Shown: piece by piece, positions 11,912 to 21,847 of the stretch
Position numbering within the stretch: position 1 is the stretch's first letter
How the letters are laid out: the number at the start of each line of letters is the position of its first letter
Assembly (NCBI GenBank): GCA_031835245.2
Contig: JAVKOQ020000012.1
Location: 124,001-188,000 of the forward strand
Direction: 5' to 3'
DNA from: Balamuthia mandrillaris
Taxonomy: Eukaryota
Length of the DNA stretch: 64,000 bases
The notes under the pieces: generated by a model
What the model was told of the DNA's origin: nothing
Databases searched by the model: none
The model's input: only the letters and a program-made list of their open reading frames with translations
Program-made: the position numbers and the translations under genes

Positions 11912-12491
11912 GAGGTAACCCTCTCTTTTTATTAACAAGAAAAAGAAAGAAAGAAAAAGATGGTTGTTCATACCCCTGGCTTTTGTCATCCCTCCCTCTT
12001 GGCGGCTTATGGAGGCAGTTTATAGGAGTTGAGGTTGAACGGTGTGCGCTTAGCAGAGCTGCAACAGTCTGCGGCCAGCACTTTGGTGCTCCGCTCATTC
12101 TTTTGCATTGCTTGCCCCAGGTTTGCCCTGGACAAAGAAACCTGGCAGATTGGATTGAAGACTGGCAGAGCCTCGACAATCAACAAGCTTACGGAGACTG
12201 ATAGGAATTGGAGATTGGTCAAGTCAAAAAGAAGCCAACCAACAAGAATGGAGTTGCGCTCGCAAGCCAGACACTGTAGAAAATGGTCAAACTGCAAGAA
12301 AGGAAGAACAGAAACCGTGAGATAAGGCCATGGAGCTACATTGCAAGATAGCGAACGGGGAAATGGCAACGAGCGCAGAGGGGAAGCAGGAGGAGGAGGG
12401 AAGGACGGGGGGGGGGGAGCGTGCGGACAGTGACAAGTCCTTGGAATACGGACCCTACTGCAAGAAAGTGTGGTAGCAGTGGGATAGGGAT

Positions 12492-12610
12492 GGATACGGC
12501 CATACTGCGGAGAAAGCACCGCTTCCCGTCCGATCAGCGAAGTTAAGCTCCGCCAGGCGATGTTAGTACTGGGGTGGGTGACCACCCGGGAATCCATCGT
12601 GCTGTATCCT
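12492..12610 (+). rRNA. 5S rRNA, copy 1
   Basis: 119 nt GGATACGGCCATAC...GAAGTTAAGC (box A)...TTAGTACTGGGGTGGGTGACC (box C)...GTATCCT. The termini pair, and an oligo-T tract follows. Confidence 0.98.
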
Positions 12611-12615
12611 CCTCC

Positions 12616-12621
12616 TTTTTT
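12616..12621 (+). terminator. Pol III terminator (T6) of 5S copy 1
   Basis: CCTCC-TTTTTT immediately 3' of the 5S gene. Confidence 0.85.
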
Positions 12622-12748
12622 GTTTTCTCCTGTTTTCCCTTTATTTGCTTTCTAGAGAGAGATATCCTCCTCCTTTTTTGTTTTATGCTTGTTTCCCTCC
12701 TTTGGTCATTCTGTCCTTTGTATGCTTCTTCGTTTGCTTTACTCTTTT

Positions 12749-12899
12749 GCCGGTAGCGCCGCAAGGTAGACATAAACATGGAGGCGTCATGTATTTTTCC
12801 CACTGCGACAAAGGGGAAAAGCGTGACGTGTAATCTTGGTTATGTCCACTCCTGCGGGCTTACAGTCTTTTGCCTATTGATGATCACTCTCACTCTTTT

Positions 12900-12938
<39 letters not shown>

Positions 12939-13177
12939 TTCTCGCGCTCTCGCTCTCTCTCGCTCTGTGTACCATCTCGTCCTCGAGAAGATGTGGAAGG
13001 AAAAAAAAACCTTGGTGCACACTTAAGAGCACCCTCCCGTTCGCAACACATTGTCGGAGAGTTCGATGAACCGTTCAACATGTCTCACTCACTCTCTCCT
13101 TTCTATTTCTGCGGTACCTTCCACTCTCTCCACTCTAGCCTCCGCAATACTAATGCCCACCTTGCGGCGCTACCGGC
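12749..13177. mobile_element. ~430-bp element bounded by perfect 19-bp inverted repeats (MITE-like or structured RNA)
   Basis: GCCGGTAGCGCCGCAAGGT (12749-12767) and its exact reverse complement ACCTTGCGGCGCTACCGGC (13159-13177); internal (CT)n; no clear TSD. Confidence 0.45.
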
Positions 13178-13218
13178 TGAATGACATCACACCAACCATA
13201 TTCCCGACCCTTTCCTCG

Positions 13219-13225
13219 CCCATAA
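13219..13225 (+). promoter_or_regulatory. snRNA upstream promoter element (DUSE-like CCCATAA), U2 copy 1
   Basis: CCCATAA starts 62 nt before the inferred U2 start; same motif and spacing at U2 copy 2. Confidence 0.75.
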
Positions 13226-13280
13226 CTGAAAACTCCAAGGGGTGCAAGAAGAAGAGCTCGAAGCAGCAAGGCCAGAAACC

Positions 13281-13500
13281 ATCTTCTCGGACATCGGCTC
13301 CGATCAAGTGTAGTATCTGTTCTATCTAGCTTAGTCTCTGGATGACGGTCCTCCATGACTGTCTCTTATGATTAAACTTATTTTTCTCCTTAGGGAGGGT
13401 GTGAGGTGCTTTTGGTTCGCTGGCTTGCCAGCTGAACCGGCCTCATACCTCGGATCGGCTCTGCATAGCACCCCTGCAGAGTTTGTTGCAACGGTCCACC
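13281..13500 (+). ncRNA. RNU2: U2 snRNA (divergent variant), copy 1
   Basis: ATCTTCTCGG...GGCT..GATCAAGTGTAGTATCTGTTCT (branch-recognition GTAGTA); stems IIa ATCTAG/CTGGAT and IIb GACGGTC/GACTGTC; ATTTTT Sm-like site; stem III; stem IV with TAGCAC loop. Confidence 0.92.
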
Positions 13501-13807
13501 TCTCATCCCATTAAACAACCAAGAATAAAAGTAACAGGGTCGCCGCAGAGGCTCAGCTTCCGGGTGGATCGCGTGGAGGAAATGAGGGGAATAACTGATG
13601 GACCCTCCTCCATCTATCTCAATGTTTTTGAGCTGGTCAGTGACCCTGTCCTGGGGATGCGACTTGTAGGTGGACAAGAACCTTCAGTGCATTCTTATTT
13701 TAAACAATATTCAAATGTTACTACAGCCGTTGGAGCGCTCCAACATCATGAACGGGTGGTCGAATCTAGCACGGTCGACCATGCTGCAAGAAAGTGTGGT
13801 CACGGAT

Positions 13808-13926
13808 GGATACGGCCATACTGCGGAGAAAGCACCGCTTCCCGTCCGATCAGCGAAGTTAAGCTCCGCCAGGCGATGTTAGTACTGGGGTGGGTGACCA
13901 CCCGGGAATCCATCGTGCTGTACCCT
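13808..13926 (+). rRNA. 5S rRNA, copy 2 (one substitution in helix I)
   Basis: Identical to copy 1 except 3' GTACCCT instead of GTATCCT; T6 at 13932-13937. Confidence 0.97.
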
Positions 13927-14139
13927 CCTCCTTTTTTGTTTTCTCCTGTTTTCCCTTTATAAAGGCTTTCTAGAGAGAGATAATGGTTGGTTTCTTTTGT
14001 TTTCTTTTTCGTTTGTTTCTTCTCCTTTCTCTTCAGTTTGCTGTCGTCGCTGCAGACAAGTTTGGAGTTATATGAAAATGATTCTAATTTCATCAGCCAA
14101 CGGGAACCACCGAACAGGAAAATTCTTCGCTCTTTCCTT

Positions 14140-14146
14140 CCCATAA
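14140..14146 (+). promoter_or_regulatory. snRNA upstream promoter element (DUSE-like CCCATAA), U2 copy 2
   Basis: TCCCATAAC, with CCCATAA starting 62 nt before the inferred U2 start at 14202. Confidence 0.75.
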
Positions 14147-14201
14147 CAGCAGTGACGGGAGGGGTAGACCAAAAGGATCCAGCGATGCAACACCAGAAAC
14201 C

Positions 14202-14426
14202 ATCTTCTCGGCCAACATTGGCTCTGATCAAGTGTAGTATCTGTTCTATCTAGCTTAATCTCTAGATGACAGTCCTCCATGACTGTCTCTGATGATTATT
14301 ATATCATTTTTAACCTCTGGGAAGGTGTGAGGTTTCTTTGGTTCGCTGGCTCGCCAGCTGAACCGGCCTCATGCCGCGGATCGGCTCTGCATGGCACTCC
14401 TGCGGAGTTTGTTGAAACGGTCCACC
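14202..14426 (+). ncRNA. RNU2: U2 snRNA (divergent variant), copy 2
   Basis: ATCTTCTCGGCCAACATTGGCTCTGATCAAGTGTAGTATCTGTTCT; stems IIa ATCTAG/CTAGAT and IIb GACAGTC/GACTGTC; ATTTTT; stems III and IV as in copy 1. Confidence 0.93.
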
Positions 14427-14898
14427 TCCTTTTTCTGGTAAAACAAAAGCAACCATACACTTAGCTGCTCTCCAGCCTCCCCTCTCGGGTCACTCGCTCT
14501 ACAGTTCCGAATAGAAACGAATGTCCCCCAACCACTATGTCACTCGGCACATGATAGAGTTGAGGGAATAAAATAATGTTCAATATTCCCCCGACGTCCC
14601 GGATTAATGCGTCTGTAGCTTGTTGGTTTGCGACAAAAGAAGGGGATTGTCGTGGCAGTGGTTTTTTTTTCAAGCAACATGTACAGGTCTGAGTTGTAAG
14701 CTATAATAACAAACAGTTTAGTTTCAAAAAGCTTTTTTTGTGGCTTTCAACAGCAGAAACACTCATTCAAAACCTTGCAGAAAGATCATGGCGAGCTCAC
14801 TTTGCTGCTTGGCATGTTCCACAGAGTCTCCTTGGTTGAGCTAGAGACTCTCTCCAAACTGAACAAAAAAAAAAATAAACAGGAGAAAACAAAAAAGG

Positions 14899-15017
14899 AG
14901 GATACAGCACGATGGATTCCCGGGTGGTCACCCACCCCAGTACTAACATCGCCTGGCGGAGCTTAACTTCGCTGATCGGACGGGAAGCGGTGCTTTCTCC
15001 GCAGTATGGCCGTATCC
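14899..15017 (-). rRNA. 5S rRNA, copy 3 (inverted)
   Basis: Exact reverse complement of copy 1; T6 terminator at 14891-14896 (A6 on plus strand). Confidence 0.98.
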
Positions 15018-15167
15018 ATCCCTAACCACGCTTTCCTGCGCTGTGGCCCAATCCCAAAGGATTTGTCCCTCGCCGCCACACGCCTTCCTCCTCCTGCTTT
15101 CCCTCTGTGCTCGCTTTCTTGCAGGGAAAACAAGCAAAAGAAGAAGAAGAAGGAAAAAGAATAGTAT

Positions 15168-16337
15168 TTAAGGCTCTGAAAGAACATGTTCCCTCACCAC
15201 CCGATTGAACCGTTCCGCATCTTCCAGGTTGATCATATGTCCACATCCCTCAAACTCCACCAACGGGGCCGCCAATAGCTGCGCCAAACGATACGAGTTA
15301 ATAGGGTTCACCATTTGGTCCTTTGTGCCAACCATTACCAACACACGTAGTCCTGATTGCTTCATCTGGTCCAACCGTTGGTAGGTGGAATAGTGGGTGC
15401 AAACAGCAAAGGCCTGAGAGATCAATGAACGTAGGCCCACGCGCTTGTAACAACCACCGTGCCAGCGTAGCAGCTCCTCCTGGTTGCGTTGGAGGTAGTC
15501 TGCAGAATAGCAGAGAGGGACCAGGGCCTTGATCTTGTCCTCCTCTTGGGTGCAGAGGATCCATGGCAAGAGCTTGGGCCAGGTTCGAACGGGAAGAGCG
15601 ACGGCGTTCCTCCCGCCAGCGTGAGTTACAGCTAGGGTGAGAGAGGAAAGACTGATGGGGCTGTCTTTGGTGGAGAGGATGATGTTGACTAGCTCTTGTG
15701 CTATCATTCCACCTTTTTGATTCATTTTTGTTTTATGGGTTAGTAAGTGAAAGAGAAGAGATGTAAGTGGCAGCAGAAGGAGCAGAACAAGAGTAAGTAG
15801 AAGTGAACAAGAAGAAGCAGAAGAATAAGAAGCTGAAGCAGAGGCAGCGGCAGAAGAAGAAGAAGAAGCAGAAGAAGCAGCAGCAGCAGAAGAAGAAGAA
15901 GAAGAAGAAGAAGAAGAAGAAGAAGAAGAAGCAAGAAGCAAGAAGCAAGAAGCAAGAAGCAAGAAGAAGAAGAAGCAAGAACAAGAACAAGAACAAAAAC
16001 AAAAACAAGAACAAAAACAAGAACAAGAACAAGAATAAGAAGCGAGCAGAAGAAAAGACTCACCCATAGAAAGCCCAATGACATGAGGTTGATGCCAGTT
16101 CAAATGTTGCAGAAGCTCATACACATCATGAGCAAGCATCTCTGTGCTGTCATTGTTTTGTTAACACATCCAACCAATGAAAGAAAAAGGCAATGGAAGC
16201 TTACGTTAGGTAGTAACTGGGGCATACGCTGTCTCCATAGCCTCTGTTGTCAAAAATGCACACCTGGAAGGTGTCTCCATGCTCCACTCCAAAGTACTCT
16301 GCCTGCTTCAGCCATGTCTCTTTGGTCATGCAGTAGC

Positions 16338-16378
<41 letters not shown>

Positions 16379-16613
16379 AACGATGAAGAGAACGATGAAG
16401 AGAACGATGAAGAGAAGAGAACGATGAAGAGAAGAGAAGAGAAAAGTAAAGTAATCCCTTCAATGTTAACTAAAAAGGAGTCGAGGAAAAGAGAGAGAAA
16501 AGAGATTATTAACCCATAATGAACAGCAGCTTGTGAGGTCCTTTGCCATAAAGAACGTAGTGCAAGTCGCATGGCATGCTACGTTTCTCTCCCACCACAA
16601 CAGCCCCCTCCAT
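15168..16613 (-). CDS. Alpha/beta-fold hydrolase (spliced)
   Basis: LHYVLYGKGPHKLLFIMG, FDNRGYGDS, nucleophile elbow GLSMG|GMIAQE split by a microsatellite-rich intron, VMVGTKD, GCGHMINLE. Confidence 0.9.
15803..16050. repeat. Compound GAA/GCAGAA/GAACAA microsatellite in hydrolase intron
   Basis: Directly visible. Confidence 0.9.
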
Positions 16614-16863
16614 CTTTCCACGCCCTTCGTTGTCTCTTTATCTGTTTCCTATTTTTCAATTTCGAGAAGCATGTGTGTACACGTTGAGCACCAATATTGT
16701 ACCGTTTGTGCAGTTTGAAGGTGAGGTCAGCACGCGAATTCTATTGGTTCAAATAATAATTGAGGATTTTGTTGTCGAAGAGACACCCACTATAATTTTT
16801 TTTTTGTTTGAATAAAATCACAGCTACACACAGCAGATATGTCAGGTTATGCTGACGTTGTAT

Positions 16864-19800
16864 CTACTTCTTCTTTGTCTTCTTTTCCTTCTCCCTTTTC
16901 TTCCTTTCCTTCTCGGCCCGTTCTCTTTCCTTTCTCTCTCTCTCCTGCTCTTTAACCTGCGCCAGCAGGATCTCGAATGGGTTTGTGATGGGCGCCGCTG
17001 CGGGATCCTCTTTGAGTATACCTCTGTGAATGAGCTCCTCTCTCTTGGGTCGTTTGCGCAGGAATATCTCCAGTACAGATCCCACTCCTTTCTTCTTCTT
17101 CTCCCACTCCTTCTTGTTATTGCTGTTTGAATTACTGTTATTCCTGTAGTTGCTGTGGCGTTGACCATTGCCTTGGGATTCTTCATTATGGCTGTTGTTG
17201 AGATTAGAACTTGAGTTAGAAGAACCAAGAACGGTGGGAGGAAGAGCTCCATAAGAGGAACTTCGGTTGTTGTGGTTTGAGCCCGATGACGGAATCGGCG
17301 TTTTGTTTGTGCTGTTGTTTGTGCTTGAGGTCGTATGTGGCAGAGAAGAAGGGTTGGTGTGAGGAACAGAGAAAGGAGCTGATGGTGGCGTCGAGGAAGG
17401 TGGGGAGTTGACAGGCGTGTGGTTAGCTCCTCCGCTTCCTCCTCTGTGATGTCTGTCCTCTTCTCTCCGCCTTTCCATCTCCCTTTCCCATTCCTGCTCT
17501 CTCTGGCGGATAAGCTCTGTCTCTCTCTGGACTTGAGACCAAAGCTCCTCCACAGGAGAGAGATGGGAGAGTTGAGGGCTCTGATTCTGCTGCTGGGTGG
17601 CTGCAGCCGCCTGAGAAGGAGCTTGAGAGGCAGCCTGTCCCGGCGCTGTTTGTACATTGTCAACGTCCGCAAAGCGAACGCCCTTGACCATGATGGATCG
17701 GTCCTTTGGTTTGTTGTTCTGCTGCTGTTGTTGAAGTTGGAGCTGTAAGAGGTATTGTTGCTGCTGCTGTTGTTGTATCTCAGCCGCCGCTTTTTGTATC
17801 TCTGCCAGCCGTTCTTTTTCTCTCTCCACCTTTTCTTTTTGTTCTCGAAGTTGTTGTTGGTTTTGTTTCTGTTGTTTTCGCTTTTCAGCAGATTCTTTCT
17901 CAGCTTTCTCTTTGGCCTCCTTTTCCTTCTTTTCCTTTTCCTCCCGTTCTTTCTGGGCTCTTTCGGCTTCTAGCTTCAGAGCCGCAGCTTTCTCTTTGGC
18001 ATCCTTTTCTTTTTTTTCCTTCTCTTCTCGCTCTTGTTGAAGACGTTCTCCCTCAAGCTTCGCTTTGAGTTCAGCCTCTTCCCTTGCTTTTCGGCCTGTT
18101 TCTTCTTTTGCTTTTCTTTCTGCTTCTTCCTTTGCTTTTCTGGCTTCCTCTTCTCTTGATTTACGTTCCGCTTCTTCGTTTGCTTTTCGTTCGGCGTCTT
18201 GCTTCACCCTTCGCAATGCTTCCTCTCGTTCTTTTCGTTCTGCTTCCTCTCGTTCTTTCTCTCTTTCTCTTTCTTTTTCCACAAGTTCTTGTTGATGTTT
18301 TTCCCTCTCTTCTTCTCTCCTTCTACCGCTTCGGTGGGAGGATCCTTTGCTCCTCTCTTTCTCCTTGTTGTTGCTGCTTCGGCCGCTTCTATCGCCACCA
18401 TCTCTTCTTCGCTCTCTGTTGCCCCGGTCCGTCTTCAGTCTGTCTCCTCTTGCTCTGTCCTTGTCTCTCCTCACCCCTTCTTTCGTTTTCCTATCCCTGC
18501 TCATGCTTCTGCTCCGGCTTCTATGTCGTGACTCCTCCTCTCGGCTCCTCGTTCTGCTTCCTCGTGTTCGACTCGTCTTTGGTTCTCGGCTGTCTTTGCT
18601 TCCTCTCTCCTTCATCATGGACCTGCTTTCTCTGGCACTGTACCTCGCCGACAACGAAGAAGAAGAGGTGGAAGAACGCAACTTTCCATCCTGATGCGAA
18701 GACGCTCCGCCCACGAATTCCACCGGCACCAAGGCGACAACTGCAGGTGGTAGCTCTTCCAGCTTGAGCGGTGGTGGGAGCACCGCTGCTGAGAGCTTCG
18801 GAGGAGGCAAAGCTTTGGGTAGGATTGCCCTTTGGGGCCGTTCCAGCAGAGGATCATCTTCCTCCTCCTCAGGGGGAGGGGGTGGAGGTAGCACAAACTG
18901 TGGAAAGGTAGAGAAGGTGGAGGAACGAGGCGCATTATTGAGAATGACTTGTCCACCGGCAGTGGTCACGCCGTCAGCAGAGATGGCTATGGAGTGTCGT
19001 TTGCTGAAGGAGGAGGTTCTACGCAACTGTTGTTGCCGCTGTGAGCTGCCGCCGCGTTCCTTTCTCTCTTGCTGTTGAAGTTGTTTGGTGAATTCCGAGG
19101 AGAGATAGCTGCTGGTGTAGCCTCCAGAACGAATCCTGTCTCTTCGTATCCGTTCTCGGTTTCGTTGTTTCTCCTCCGCCGCTGCGCGGGAGCTATCTTG
19201 CTCAACAGTTGAGACGAGCTTATCCACTCCGACTATGCTCGAGCTCCTTCTTAAACGTTGTGAAACTCCTCTTGAGGAGGGTCTGCTCTCTTTAGATGAA
19301 GCGGGGGAGGCGGATATCGAGGACCCTGAAGACTTGTTTGACTTGTAAATAACAGCACGCATCTCTCGTGAGGTCATGGACCTGGTTCGAGACAACGGTC
19401 GTCCTTTGTCTATCTGGGAGGTAACGTCAGCGTTGAAGATTGGCATCACTTGGCCGGCCAGCGTCTTCTCCTCACTCTCCACCCCCACAGCCACTCTGCG
19501 AGGTGGGTCCTCTATTTGCTTTGAAATCACTTTCTGGTGGTGTCCGCGAGAAGGAGGTCTTCGGGCAACCATTGCTGGTCGACCTCGTGTTATCTAAGTG
19601 AGTGGCTTAGTTAGGACCAAGATTATAACTAGAACAAGGCAGAAAAATGCGTACATGTGAGAGCTGTTCTTTTTGGAGAGGTTTGATATGAAGGAGGTGC
19701 CGTTGGCCCCAAAGTTTCTTGAAGACCTTCATGGCTTGCTGTCGGCGAGCGTACTTCTGTAGCACAACTGCGGCCTCGATTTTTCTGACTGCTTCAAGCC

Positions 19801-20110
19801 TCTCTTCCTCTTTTTTCTTCTGGGCTTCCTCTTCAAATCTTTTTTTGTTGTTATTCTCTCCACTTTCGCTGTCTGCGTCTGTATCGTCAGAGCTCCCGTC
19901 GCTATCACTCCCTAAGTCCGAATCCTCATCTTTGTTCCGATTGCTGTCAGAGGAGGACTCGTCGTCCTCTTCTTCTGAAAGAGGATAAGACGAGGAGGGA
20001 GTTGTGCCCTCCTCCTCGCTGTTGTATTCGCTTCCAGTGCTTTTAGAGTCGTCCTCGTAGTAGCTTGCATCGTTATCTGAGGAGGAGGGATCCTCATCCG
20101 AGCTTTCCAT
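16864..20110 (-). CDS. Large low-complexity/coiled-coil protein with IQ motif and C-terminal RPEL (G-actin-binding) motif
   Basis: Acidic N-terminus; AAVVLQKYARRQQAMK (IQ-like); E/R/K-rich helix; LEIFLRKRPKREELIHRGIL (RPEL). Intron 19594-19654 joins the two ORFs in frame. Confidence 0.8.
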
Positions 20111-20984
20111 GGTTGGCGCCGGTACTTCCTCTGTCTCCCAGGCAAACGGAAACAAAAACAAATACGTACTAACAAGTACACAGGATGATACAAAAACAAC
20201 TGGGAAACCAAAAAACTAAATATGAGTTTCGCACTCTCCCCCGGCCAGCTAAAATAGGATTTTAGCTGTCGTTCTTTCAGTTATTCGGCTTGAAAGAGCT
20301 AAAGAGAAGATGGCACAGTAGTGGAGCTTGTTTTATTTGTTCTTTTTTTTTTTTGCTCAGGAATCCTTGCGTTCTTTGTGACCCTCTCCGTTTCCTGGTG
20401 GAGGATGATTTTTTTGGTTTCTTCCGCGTCGCTGCGGCAACAACTACAATAACAAAAGGCACGCTACTTTGTGGAAGAGGCGCCGCTTGTGTTTTTTTTT
20501 TGGTCCATAATGAGCCCTCAACTACGCATTCTTCACATTCTGACAACTGTCGACATATTATCCCTCCTTTGACCTGCCGACGACCGCGTTCCACGTTTCT
20601 CTCCCCTGTGACGTCACGCCGCCACTCCTTTCCGTGTGTTTTCTGCGTGAAGCAAACGGCAAACCCGCTTGTTCTCTGTCCTTATTTTTTATTATCTTCG
20701 CTGTCCTCCTTCCCAAGCCGTGAGACCACAGTTTTTGTTGTCTCTCGTTGAAATCTCCTGGAGAGCGAGCGCTTTTTTATACACCAATTTTTAGGTTAGG
20801 GTTTTTTTTTCAAAAACACACCGTTTCGAAACCAAAAGAAAAAGAAATATTTTTCTTTTTGTTTTGTTTTCGAAAAAAGAACCCCAAAAAAAAAAGTAGC
20901 GAGAGGACCGACCACAAACACCAAACCAACCCTCTGATTTTATTTTTAAAAAAAAAAAAGCACACACACACACACACACACAAA

Positions 20985-21800
20985 ATGGAATACCTCGATC
21001 AGGTCACCGCCGTGGTTGATTACACAAAAGAGTCCTTCCAGTATGCCGCCCTTCTGATCGTTCTGGCCCCCACGATTTGGAATCTGCTCGCTCGATTGGA
21101 ATATCACACTCGCTTTATCACTCAGGTAGAGTTTTGGGACCAGATTTTTGGTTGAGGTTTGCGTAGTGTTTACCATGGATTCTTCACATCACATTTCGTC
21201 AACAGCTCGCTGGAGGCTACCCAACGATTGGTTGCTACCTTCTCGCTCTATGGATCTTTTCCTTCTCCGGCTACCGTGACATGATGTGCGTGATTCTCCC
21301 CTTTTCTTTTCTCTCTCTTTCTCTCCCTTGTTCACTCGCTGATTTTGAAACAACAGGGCGGGCAAGGCCATGGAGGAGCAGCCGCAGTTGGAGTTGTTGG
21401 ACTCTATTGCCGTCAAAGGCGTTGCTGGCGTTCTCTTTGCTGTGGGCATGACTTTTGTTCTCTCCTCGATGTACGCTCTGGGCATCACTGGCACTTACTT
21501 GGGTACGTTTTTGCTTATTTTCCCCTCCATCAGGCAACTTTTTTTTTGTGATGAGCAAAGCAAAAGCTGATCATCGTTTCTTTCTTTTCTGTCTTGTAGG
21601 TGACTACTTTGGCATCTTGTTGGACTCCAAGGTGACCGGCTTCCCTTTCAGCGTGCTCAACCACCCCATGTACGTCGGTGCTAGCCTCTGCTTCTTTGCC
21701 TCTGCGTTGTGGTATGCCAGCCCTGCAGGTTTGGTGTTGGCTCTCTTGGCCTCCATCGCCTACTTTGCTGCTAGCAAGTTCGAAGGGTATGTCGTGCGCT

Positions 21801-21847
<47 letters not shown>

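Noticed and set aside
11990..12330. Several short hairpins and 70-100-aa ORFs downstream of PEPCK
   Set aside because: No recognisable RNA family or protein motif; short stems could be chance or 3' UTR
13729..13744. Perfect 16-bp palindrome GTTGGAGCGCTCCAAC upstream of 5S copy 2
   Set aside because: Single occurrence, not shared by the other 5S copies; no function can be supported
12492..15017. Repeat-spacer-like arrangement suggesting CRISPR or a 5S-derived SINE
   Set aside because: The repeats are full-length 119-nt 5S genes with immediate T6 terminators; no cas genes and no SINE body or tail
12007..15246. ORFs sharing the peptides MDSRVVTHPSTNIAWRS / DGYGHTAEKAPLPVRS
   Set aside because: Translations of the repeated 5S rRNA genes, not proteins
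15733..16084. Poly-F/L/K ORFs here and at 29626-30053, 33099-33937, 40952-41405, 46540-46903, 55531-56087 and 60533-60989
   Set aside because: Artefacts of stop-free microsatellites
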